A stretch of DNA of 64,000 nucleotides. Origin: Candidatus Uhrbacteria bacterium (lineage in GTDB: Bacteria > Patescibacteriota > Patescibacteriia > UBA9934 > GWF2-40-263). Below, one piece after another: positions 40,054 through 48,059 of this stretch. The stretch is from NCBI GenBank assembly GCA_016205975.1, contig JACQSK010000005.1:13362-77361 (forward strand). Direction: 5' to 3'. The notes under the pieces are model-generated. The model searched no databases, was not told the origin of the DNA, and saw nothing but the letters and a program-made list of their open reading frames with translations. Positions within the stretch are counted from its first letter, which is position 1. Every line of letters starts with the position of its first letter. The position numbers and the translations under genes were made by a program.

Positions 40054-40270
40054 TTCGACTTCGGCCAGAGGCTGGCCTTCGCTCATGGTCGTTGACCACG
40101 AAATGTCGTTGACCACGGAAGACACAATCTGTTCAACGCGATTTTCCTCTCCCGCTGTTTCACATGGCTGGAGAATAAAGATCACGTTCCCCTCGTGCTG
40201 CTCTTTCACAATTAAACCCTTACTCAACGCGCGCGGGTTTTAGCCTGCGGCGACCATTTTTTTAGTTTTT

Positions 40271-42127
40271 ATGTCCCCACAGCAACCCCGTAAACCGCAA
40301 CACTCCGGGCCGCCCCGTTCGGGCAAGCCAAAATTTCGCGGACGCATGTTCCGATCCCAGAAGCCACAGACACAGCACCCCTCCGCACCCCAGCGATCTT
40401 CCCCTCACGTCCAGACACCAAGCCATCCAGGGCACGCTCCCTCAGAAACCATTATCCGCTCTCCTCAGGGCGAGACCTTGCGCATCGTCGTCTTGGGCGG
40501 CTGCGAGGAAGTCGGACGCAACTGCACGCTCATCGAGTACAAGAGCGATATCATCCTCATTGACATGGGTCTCCAGTTCCCTGAAGAAGACATGCCAGGC
40601 GTGGACTACATCATTCCCAACATGAGCTACCTGAAGGGCAAGGAAAAAAACATCCGAGGCCTCATCATCACCCACGGCCACTACGACCACATTGGCGCGA
40701 TCCCGCACACGGTGCCACACATCGGCAACCCGCCGATCTATGCCCTTCCCATGTCAGCCGCGATCATCAAGCGCCGACAGGAAGACTTCCACACGCGCCA
40801 ATTGAACGTCAAAGTCACCAAGGCGAGCGACGTTCTGAAGCTCGGCGCGTTTACCGTGTCCTTCTTTCACATCAACCACAACATCCCCGACTCGGTGGGC
40901 ATCGTGGTTGATTCCCCGGTCGGCCGCGTGTGCCACACCGGCGATTGGAAATTCGATTTCCATCCGGCCGGAACCGAGCATGCGGACTTCCAGCATATTG
41001 CGAGCTTAGGCAAACAAGGCGTACTCGTGCTCATGGGAGACTCTACGAACGCCAACCACCCGGGCCACCAGGTCTCGGAAAAAGTGATCGGCGAGGAGTT
41101 GGAGCTCATCATTGAGAAGGCGCCTGGGCGCGTCATCATCGGCACGTTTGCGTCGCTGCTCTCCCGCGTCAAACAGATTATCGAAGCCTCGGAGCGTCTG
41201 GGCAAAAAAGTCGCCATCGATGGCTACTCCATGAAGACCAACGTCGAAATCGCCAAGGTCATGGGCTTCATCAAGTGCAGTCAATCCACGCTCATCAAGC
41301 CAGAACAGATGGACGCCTACGACGACGGCAAAGTCGTCCTCATCTGCACCGGCGCGCAAGGCGAGAAAAACGCCGCGCTCAATCGTATCGCCAACAACGA
41401 GCACCGCAGCGTCAGGATCCGCGAGTCCGACACCATTATCTTTTCTTCTTCGGTCATCCCGGGAAACGAGAACTCGGTCCAGCGCCTCATGGACACGCTC
41501 TACCGCAAAGGCGCCAACGTCATCAACTACAAAATGATGGACGTGCACGCGGGAGGGCACGCCAAAAAAGAAGACATCAAACTCATGCTGGCCTTGTTCA
41601 AACCCACCTACTACGTGCCCATTGAAGGCAACCACTTCCTGTTGCGCGAAAACGCTAAGGTTGCTTACTCGCTTGGCTGGAACAAAGAACACGTCTTCAT
41701 CGTCGACAACGGACAGATCATGGAGTTCCAGAAGGGCCACGGCGTCCTGCGCAAAGAAAAAGTTCCGACCGACTACGTCTTCGTCGACGGGCTGGGCGTG
41801 GGCGACGTGTCCCAAGTCGTCTTACGCGACCGCCAAGTGCTCGCCGAGGACGGCATGGTGATCGTGATCGTGCAGATTGAAAAAAATACCGGGAAGCTGA
41901 TCGGCAACCCGGACATCATCAGCCGAGGCTTCATCTTCATGAAGGACCAGCAGGAGCTCATCCGCGCCGCGCGCGAGGAGGTGAGAAAGGCCCTTCTGGA
42001 CAACGATCCGAAATCTTCCGCCGATCCAAAATATACTCGCGACCGCATTCGCGATGAAGTCGGCAAGTTCCTGTTCAAAAAGACGGAACGCCGTCCGATG
42101 ATTCTCCCAGTGGTCATCGAAGTCTAA
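40271..42127 (+). CDS. rnj: ribonuclease J (metallo-beta-lactamase / beta-CASP)
   Basis: LRIVVLGGCEEVGRNCTLIEY, HGHYDHIGAIPH motif. Carries a ~65-aa Pro/Gln/Ser-rich basic N-terminal extension; alternative in-frame TTG start at 40478. Confidence 0.85.
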   Translation: MSPQQPRKPQHSGPPRSGKPKFRGRMFRSQKPQTQHPSAPQRSSPHVQTPSHPGHAPSETIIRSPQGETLRIVVLGGCEEVGRNCTLIEYKSDIILIDMGLQFPEEDMPGVDYIIPNMSYLKGKEKNIRGLIITHGHYDHIGAIPHTVPHIGNPPIYALPMSAAIIKRRQEDFHTRQLNVKVTKASDVLKLGAFTVSFFHINHNIPDSVGIVVDSPVGRVCHTGDWKFDFHPAGTEHADFQHIASLGKQGVLVLMGDSTNANHPGHQVSEKVIGEELELIIEKAPGRVIIGTFASLLSRVKQIIEASERLGKKVAIDGYSMKTNVEIAKVMGFIKCSQSTLIKPEQMDAYDDGKVVLICTGAQGEKNAALNRIANNEHRSVRIRESDTIIFSSSVIPGNENSVQRLMDTLYRKGANVINYKMMDVHAGGHAKKEDIKLMLALFKPTYYVPIEGNHFLLRENAKVAYSLGWNKEHVFIVDNGQIMEFQKGHGVLRKEKVPTDYVFVDGLGVGDVSQVVLRDRQVLAEDGMVIVIVQIEKNTGKLIGNPDIISRGFIFMKDQQELIRAAREEVRKALLDNDPKSSADPKYTRDRIRDEVGKFLFKKTERRPMILPVVIEV

Positions 42128-42190
42128 AAAGAACACCGCCTCTCAAGGCGGTTTTCTTTTTATGGTCCTCTTTGCTACCATAAAGCGCGT

Positions 42191-43177
42191 ATGCGAATTC
42201 TCACGGCCCTCCAACCCTCTGGAATCCTCCACATCGGGAATCTCTTTGGCGCCATTGAACCAATGGTGAAGCTTCAAATTTTCGGCAATGAAAATCTCCT
42301 CTTCATCGTCGACTATCACGCCATCACGGTCCCGCAGGATCCCGCCGAGCTTCGACGTAACATCTTGTTCGCCGCCGCAACGTATCTTGCCATCGGAATC
42401 GATCCAAAGAAAACGATCCTCTTCCAACAGTCACGCATCTCAGAGCACACCGAGCTTGCATGGATCTTGAACTGCCTGGTTCACATGGGCGAGCTCGAAC
42501 GCATGACGCAGTACAAGGACAAGGCGCGAGGCAAGGGTGAGGCTGTCTCGGTCGGACTCTTCGATTACCCCATCCTCATGGCCGCTGACATTCTCCTTTA
42601 CGACACGAACGTCGTGCCCGTGGGGGAAGACCAGAAGCAACACGTCGAACTCGCCCGCGACTTGGCTCAACGGTTCAACAAGACCTTCGGCGAAACGTTC
42701 GTCATTCCCAGGCCGGAAATCCGCAAAGAAGGCGCGCGCATCATGGGGCTCGACGACCCGGACAAGAAAATGTCCAAGTCGGCCTCAAGCGAGAAGAACT
42801 ACCTCTCACTCATGGACGATGAGACGACGGTACTCAAAAAAATCAAGTCGGCCGTGACAGACTCGGGTTCGACGATCACCTTCGACAAGACGCGCGCGGG
42901 CCTCGCGAACCTCCTCACGATCTACTCACTCGTCACCGGAAAAACCACCGACCAACTCGTAAACGAATATGAAGGCAAGGGCTATGGCGACTTCAAGATT
43001 GGCCTCGCGGGAACCGTAAGCAGCTATCTCGCTCCCATCCAAGAAAAAATCAACAACTCCCTCGAAGACGAGAGCAAACTCCTGTCCATCCTCGACCAGG
43101 GTGCCGCGCGCGCCAAGGCGATCGCTGAAAAAAAGATGGCCGACGTGCGCAAAAAAATCGGCGTCACACTCTCCTGA
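42191..43177 (+). CDS. trpS: tryptophan--tRNA ligase
   Basis: HIGN-type motif (LHIGNLFGA) and KMSKS. Confidence 0.9.
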   Translation: MRILTALQPSGILHIGNLFGAIEPMVKLQIFGNENLLFIVDYHAITVPQDPAELRRNILFAAATYLAIGIDPKKTILFQQSRISEHTELAWILNCLVHMGELERMTQYKDKARGKGEAVSVGLFDYPILMAADILLYDTNVVPVGEDQKQHVELARDLAQRFNKTFGETFVIPRPEIRKEGARIMGLDDPDKKMSKSASSEKNYLSLMDDETTVLKKIKSAVTDSGSTITFDKTRAGLANLLTIYSLVTGKTTDQLVNEYEGKGYGDFKIGLAGTVSSYLAPIQEKINNSLEDESKLLSILDQGAARAKAIAEKKMADVRKKIGVTLS

Positions 43178-43185
43178 AACAAAAA

Positions 43186-43211
43186 ACCCTGAACGCGTCA
43201 GGGTTTTTTGT
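43186..43211. terminator. bidirectional intrinsic terminator shared by trpS (+) and RNase P RNA (-)
   Basis: AAAAAACCCTGA-cgcg-TCAGGGTTTTTTG: the hairpin is flanked by A-run and T-run. Confidence 0.6.
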
Positions 43212-43213
43212 TG

Positions 43214-43741
43214 TCCGAGGATCTGTCTGTAAGCCGAATTTTGTCTGCCCTGATTTCTCAGAGGAGATGGCAATCTATCTAGGCCGTCCATTGCTGGAGG
43301 GCTCAAGCGAGCTACCAAATTTGCTCTTTCACCGGACGAGGGTTTACCACACTCCATGTCACCATGGAGCGAAAGATGTAGCCGATTACTCGACATCACC
43401 TCACTTTTCACGTTTCGTTCTGCACAGCAGAACGACCCTGAGCCTGTCGAAGGGTGCACCCCTCGACGTTGCTCAAGATAGTTTTGCTGCGCAAAACTAG
43501 TATTGTCTCTGTGGCACTTTCCCTAGGCTTTGAGTCAGGAGTCATGGAACAGATTTCTCCAATTCCGCGAGTCCCAATCCTTATACCTGGTCGCCGTTAG
43601 CGACTCTCTTTGGTGTTGTGTCTTGCGACCCAACAGGTGTTCGGACTTTCCTCAATGAATGGAAGTTGGAGACCGACGTCCAATTCCCAACGTCTAACAT
43701 CCAACTTCCATTCATCGTAGCCATCCGACAGTCCTCAGACC
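43214..43741 (-). ncRNA. rnpB: RNase P RNA, bacterial type A, with expanded P3
   Basis: On the minus strand: GAGGAAAGTCCGAACACC (P4 5' strand), GGTAAACCC...GGTGAAAGAGCAAA, GCTTGAGCC...AGCAATGGACGGCCTAGATAGATTGCC and ACAAAATTCGGCTTACAGACAG (P4 3' strand) align motif-for-motif with E. coli M1 RNA, with GUCCGGG/CCCGGC to GUCCGAA/UUCGGC covariation. P1 5' GGTCTGAGGACTGTC pairs with the 3' end. A 63-nt P3 hairpin is present. Ends are approximate (±5 nt). Confidence 0.85.
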
Positions 43742-43745
43742 AAGA

Positions 43746-43774
43746 AAAGATAGCAAAACGTCTGGCGAATGTCA
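43746..43774 (-). promoter_or_regulatory. promoter of rnpB (TTGACA-N17-TATCTT), TSS at the GGTCTGAGG 5' end
   Basis: Reverse strand reads cTTGACAttcgccagacgttttgcTATCTTttcttgG; overlaps the divergent TGATAGACT extended -10 of the 43792 gene. Confidence 0.5.
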
Positions 43775-43791
43775 AGCCGTTTTGATAGACT

Positions 43792-45213
43792 GTGAGGCGT
43801 ATGAAGCGATCTGAACTGGCTTTTACCCTTGCCCTTGTCCCATTTGATTTTTTTGCTCTCATCGCCGCCTCCACGGTCGCATTCTTTGCTCGTTATCTTC
43901 CCGCCTTCACCCAGATCCGTCCTGTCATTTTTAATTTGAACCTTGAGAGCTACCTGGCCGTCGCGGCCCCGACCGCGATTCTGTTCCTCCTGGTTTTTGC
44001 TCTCACCGGCTTGTATAGCACACGGCGTTCTTCCATCGGCCGCGAGCTCTCGCACATCGCGCTCGCCTGCTCCGCATCCATGGCGCTCGTATTTGCGATC
44101 TCCTTTTTCTCGCGTGTCTTGTTCGAGTCGCGCTTCATCGCCCTTGCCGGCTGGGGCTTGGCCATCTTGTTTGTGGCGCTCGAACGTCTAGTCATGCGTG
44201 GGCTCCAGCGATCGCTCCTGCGGTTTGGCATCGGGACGCATCGCGTTGTCGTCATCGGAAAGACGTCTGCCGCCGAGGCGCTCATGGGAGAGTTCACACA
44301 AAAAAAACGTCTGGGCTTCCGAGTCGTGGGTCACTACAAGGATTTTACCAAAGCTCTCGCCAAGGAACTCCGCGACCTGAAACGGAACGATAAAATAGAC
44401 GAGATCATTCTGGCAGATCCTGAGGCTTCCCGACAGGAAACGCTCGAGATCATCGCCTTCACGGAACAGGAACACTTGGGCTTCCGCTACTGCGCCGATC
44501 TCTTTACCGCCGCGATCGGCCGCTCTGTCATCCATACCTACGCCGGCATCCCCGTGATCGAAGTACAAAAGACGCCGCTCGACGGTTGGGGAGCGATCTA
44601 CAAACGCATCTTCGACGTGGCGGCTTCCCTTCTCCTGATCCTCCTCGCCTCCCCGATCATGCTGATCACAGCGCTCGCGATCAAACTCGATTCACGTGGC
44701 CCCATCTTTTTTGCGAGACTCGACGATGGAAGTCTGTCACGACGTGTGGGTCAAGGCGGACGGCCGTTCACCTACTTTAAGTTCCGCTCCATGCGACCTG
44801 GCACGCATGCTCTGCGCTACAACGAACTCGCCGCCGCTGATACACGCCACGGCTCGCCGCTCGTGAAGATCAAGGACGATCCGCGCGTGACGTGTGTCGG
44901 AAAATTCATTCGCAAATTTTCGATCGACGAGCTCCCTGAATTCTTCCTGGTCCTGCGCGGGCATATGAGTCTTGTCGGCCCACGCCCCCATTTACCCGAG
45001 GAAGTCGATCGATACAAACCTGAACAACGCAAGGTTCTCACGATCAAGCCTGGTATCACAGGCATGGCACAAATCTCCGGCCGTGCTGATCTCAATTTCG
45101 ACGACGAGGTGCGTCTAGACACCTACTACATTGAACACTGGAGTCCGTGGCTCGACCTCTATATTCTCCTCAAAACTCCTCTGGTTGTTCTCTTTGGAAG
45201 AGGTGCATCTTGA
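43792..45213 (+). CDS. polyprenyl-phosphate hexose-1-phosphate transferase (bacterial sugar transferase, WbaP/CpsE-type priming enzyme)
   Basis: C-terminal [30 protein letters not shown] (PF02397 signature); N-terminal TM bundle; 473 aa. Apparent leaderless start (extended -10 TGATAGACT ends 8 nt before ATG). Confidence 0.85.
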   Translation: MRRMKRSELAFTLALVPFDFFALIAASTVAFFARYLPAFTQIRPVIFNLNLESYLAVAAPTAILFLLVFALTGLYSTRRSSIGRELSHIALACSASMALVFAISFFSRVLFESRFIALAGWGLAILFVALERLVMRGLQRSLLRFGIGTHRVVVIGKTSAAEALMGEFTQKKRLGFRVVGHYKDFTKALAKELRDLKRNDKIDEIILADPEASRQETLEIIAFTEQEHLGFRYCADLFTAAIGRSVIHTYAGIPVIEVQKTPLDGWGAIYKRIFDVAASLLLILLASPIMLITALAIKLDSRGPIFFARLDDGSLSRRVGQGGRPFTYFKFRSMRPGTHALRYNELAAADTRHGSPLVKIKDDPRVTCVGKFIRKFSIDELPEFFLVLRGHMSLVGPRPHLPEEVDRYKPEQRKVLTIKPGITGMAQISGRADLNFDDEVRLDTYYIEHWSPWLDLYILLKTPLVVLFGRGAS

Positions 45214-46199
45214 GAGCGTAACCATCACAATGTTCCAGCAGTCCCATATACGACGGCATGTTCTCGAGAGTAACCTTCTTGAACATCCGTCGTTTTGTTT
45301 TTGTGCGCAGGACACGGTGGTGTGAGAGTGTAACGTAGCCAAGAAAGTCGATGCCTTGTCCGAGCTTGCGAATCTCAACCTTGTGAGGATGGAGCGTCAA
45401 TCGTCGTTCACTCCAAAGCCATTGTTCAATGAACGGCAGGAGCCATCGGAGCTCAGCAGGATCGTTTGCAAGAATAACCGCGTCGTCTGTGTAGCGAAGA
45501 TACTGCTTCACCTGAAGTTCGTCTTTAATAAAGTGGTCGAATGCGTCCAGGTAGATATTCGCAAATAGCTGGCTGGTCAGATTCCCGATGGGAAGTCCCG
45601 TTGTGTTTGAAGTTCCTAGAGAGCACCCCCCCCCCGACGGAATTTGAAGTTGAGTAACTCCCGACGATGTCGGAGAGAAGTTGTTCGGCTCTCCCCCTTC
45701 CCAAGGGGGAGCTGGAAGAGGTTGCCGTTGCCAGCTTCTTGTACAAAATGTTCATCAAAATCTCGTGATCCACCGAATCAAAAAACTTCCTGATATCGAA
45801 CTTGAGCGCCCAGCAAGGTCTCGTGTTGTTTCGACTTACCTGACGAGTGAACTGCTCTAAACGGTCAACCGCTGCATGTGTCCCCTTCCTTGTTCGACAC
45901 GAATAACTGTCGAAAATAAACGAACGGTCAAACACCGGATACAACACTCGATACACTGCATGGTGTACCAATCGGTCACGGACGGTTGCTTTGTGGATGA
46001 TCCGATGTTTGGGATCAAAAATGTGGAAACGATGGTAAGAGCCATGACGATACCGGCCATTAAGATCGTCGTGAAGCAAGAAGACGTTGTCCTCCAGGTG
46101 TCGTTCAAACTCCTGGACGTCCTGCCTCGACCGCTTGCCACGTCGAAACTCTCGCCAGGCGGCAAAGAGATTCTCTAAGGAAATGATTTGATTGAACAT
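45170..46199 (-). CDS. diversity-generating retroelement reverse transcriptase (bRT-like), interrupted by a frameshift at a C10 tract (45626-45635)
   Basis: N-terminal ORF (46199-45525) carries RT motifs 1-3: FDPKHRIIHKATVRDRLVHHAVY, FDSYSCRTRKGTHAAVDRL, FDIRKFFDSVDHEIL. The second frame, open from 45751, carries motifs 4-5: GLPIGNLTSQLFANIYLDAFDHFIKDELQVKQYLRYTDDAVIL. This is near-identical in pattern to Bordetella phage bRT (GLPLGNVTSQLFANVYL...YLRYVDDFLLL). The two halves are in different frames. Confidence 0.85.
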
Positions 46200-46535
46200 A
46201 TGAACTCAACTCCAGCATTTCAAAAATCTTATGACTTCTATAAGAACCTCTATCTCAACCTTCGGCAGATTCCCAAACGGGATCGGTTCACCTGGGGCGA
46301 GAGGTGTGAAACATTGGCTATAGACCTTCTCTCAAGACTTTCAAAGGCAACCTATGCTCCACGCCAAATACAACGTTTGTCTTTGCTAGAGGCAAGTGAT
46401 CTCATCGATCGATTAAAAATTTACCTCCGACTTGGGGCTGATCTAAAAATTCTTGACCAAAAGAAATACTTCTCCAGAGTAAGTGAGCTGATCGAGCTTG
46501 GAAAAATGATCGGGGGATGGCTCAAGACTGTCTAG
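46200..46535 (+). CDS. avd: DGR accessory variability determinant (Avd, four-helix-bundle protein)
   Basis: 111-115 aa; YDFYKNLYLNLRQIPKRDRFTWGERCETLAIDLLSRL ... ELIELGKMIGGWLKTV matches the bAvd pattern (Y..L...IPK..R...L, C-terminal IGr.LGsWI). The ATG at 46200 abuts the RT ATG (CATATG at 46197-46202). Track start is a TTG at 46188. Confidence 0.7.
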   Translation: MNSTPAFQKSYDFYKNLYLNLRQIPKRDRFTWGERCETLAIDLLSRLSKATYAPRQIQRLSLLEASDLIDRLKIYLRLGADLKILDQKKYFSRVSELIELGKMIGGWLKTV

Positions 46536-46540
46536 AACAG

Positions 46541-46666
46541 CCGAGGAGGCGGAAGCCCACGTTGTCGTTGGGATTGTTCGACCAGTTCCTGTTCACGCTA
46601 GCGAGCCCACCGTTGTCACGGTTGCCGACGATCACGCGGTTGTCAGAACCGTAGGCGTTTTGGCTC
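46541..46666 (-). repeat. DGR template repeat (TR); sense strand = minus
   Basis: 126 bp near-identical to 46963-47088. On the minus strand it encodes ...AYGSDNRVIVGNRDNGGLASVNRNWSNNPNDNVGFRLLG, with AAC/AAT (Asn) codons at the positions that differ in the VR. Confidence 0.85.
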
Positions 46667-46952
46667 TCGCCTCCTCATTGTCCTTGTCCATCTATACGCA
46701 CTACATAAAGGTAACTAGTCCCTCATGCTGAAAGCCAAGCTAGGCTCACTGTTGCCCCAAGGCAACCTCTGTTTGGCGGCAGGATTTTCATCCACCCGCT
46801 CCAGACAAGGACAAGCAGTTCTCTTCGTATCCCTAAACTTAGGGAGAAGCGGCGACCCATGGCCTTAACACATGGGTGCACGAGCCAACTTCAACCGCAT
46901 TGTATCAAAAAGAAAAAGGATCCAAGGTTCCAAGAACCAAGGATCCAAGCGT

Positions 46953-47867
46953 CTAGAGAACGCCGAGGAGGCGGAAGCCCACGCCGCCGTTGGGAACGTC
47001 CGACCAGTCCCTGCGCACGCTAGCGAGCCCACCGTTGCCACGGCCGCCGACGATCACGCGGCTGCCCGAACCGTAGGCGCTTTCGGTCCATTCCCACGAG
47101 GCCGTGGCGCCGAGGTCAGGGAACTCCGTTCCATGGAGTCGGTTGAGCTCCAACAGGATGTTCCCGAAGAAGTTCCACTCCTCCGCGGTGAGCGGCCGCA
47201 CCGCCGCCTTCTTGAGACCCCAGAGCTGAGCCGTCAGCGGGCACAGGGTGGCGCGCAGATGATCCCAGGAAACCCTAAAACGGGACTGGAGGTTGAGCTC
47301 GCGGGTGAGCCGATCGTCCCCGTATCCCTCGGGGTCGTTCCAGTCGGGCTTCCTGATGAGCTCAGCCACGACCCACCGTCCGGGCAGGGGGTGGCGCTTG
47401 ATGAGGCTCGCATCGATGTGCTGACCCAAGTCGGAGCGGATCCATGTGTTGGAGTAGACATCCTGGGTGATGGCCGCGGGAAGGAGGATCGGGAGCAAGC
47501 TCCCGTCGTCGATCCAGCCGCGAGTCTTCGTGCTGATGCGCGGAAGAGCCGGCACCACGACCTCAAGCGCCCCGAACTTCTGGGCGTAGAACTCGCTCCA
47601 GAACACACGGGGGTCACCCGCGATCCGACGCAGGAGCGCCTCGGTCACGGAGACACTGAGCGGATCTTCCACCGACGCCTTGGACGCGAGCTGGGTCTTC
47701 ACCCAGGCATCGAGCATCGCGGGGTCGATCAGCCCGCGAGCGAGCGCTTCGCCCAGCGGCATGGTGACCGCATAAGCGCCGAGCAGGCCGCCCAGACCGG
47801 CGGGGCTGATGTGGTCGCGCCTACGCAGGATCTCGTCGATCCAGGAAGGCAACCCTTCGAGTGCCAT
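46953..47867 (-). CDS. DGR target protein with C-terminal FGE-sulfatase / C-type-lectin-fold variable domain; no signal peptide
   Basis: C-terminal PLTAEEWNF...WEWTESAYGSGSRVIVGG...GFRLL matches the FGE-like (PF03781) DGR-target pattern (LPTEAEWEYA ... GNVWEW ... GFR). Start ATG 47867 has RBS AAGGAG-6nt; track start 47900 is upstream. Confidence 0.8.
   Translation of the reverse strand: MALEGLPSWIDEILRRRDHISPAGLGGLLGAYAVTMPLGEALARGLIDPAMLDAWVKTQLASKASVEDPLSVSVTEALLRRIAGDPRVFWSEFYAQKFGALEVVVPALPRISTKTRGWIDDGSLLPILLPAAITQDVYSNTWIRSDLGQHIDASLIKRHPLPGRWVVAELIRKPDWNDPEGYGDDRLTRELNLQSRFRVSWDHLRATLCPLTAQLWGLKKAAVRPLTAEEWNFFGNILLELNRLHGTEFPDLGATASWEWTESAYGSGSRVIVGGRGNGGLASVRRDWSDVPNGGVGFRLLGVL
46963..47088 (-). 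repeat. DGR variable repeat (VR) at the 3' end of the target gene
   Basis: About 15 of ~18 mismatches to the TR occur where the TR sense strand has A (plus-strand T to C/A/G). Encodes ...AYGSGSRVIVGGRGNGGLASVRRDWSDVPNGGVGFRLLGVL*. The GC-rich identical 3' block GGGCTTCCGCCTCCTCGGC is IMH-like. Confidence 0.85.
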
Positions 47868-48059
47868 AATCTTCTCCTTCCCTTGCGACTCTCCCACCAC
47901 TCTTTACAGACGGATTGGTAGGTGCTTGCAAAGGACGAACGCACACGGTTCCGCCGTGCCGGTGTGAGTACAAAACCGGGGATTTCCGGTTGTGCAAACG
48001 ACTGGAGAATATACTCCTGTTTGGCGGAAAAGTCAAGAATTGCTAGGATGGCTCCACGT

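Noticed and set aside
39826-40227. 133-aa minus-strand ORF
   Set aside because: Overlaps tRNA-Leu and the rnj upstream region; antisense artefact.
43267-44055. ORFs 43267-43500 (+), 43581-43874 (-), 43735-44055 (-)
   Set aside because: They overlap the RNase P RNA and its promoter. Their composition is junk-like.
45170-46199. Reverse transcriptase as a group II intron or retron
   Set aside because: No maturase/En domain and no intron domain V/VI (no GAGCCGTATG-like DV). Motif-by-motif match to DGR bRT, and TR/VR/Avd are present.
47922-48059. N-terminal extension of GT4 ORF (track start 47922)
   Set aside because: The extension would overlap the DGR target gene's 5' end and encodes an R/G-rich peptide. 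ATG 48060 with RBS gives a canonical GT4 N-terminus.
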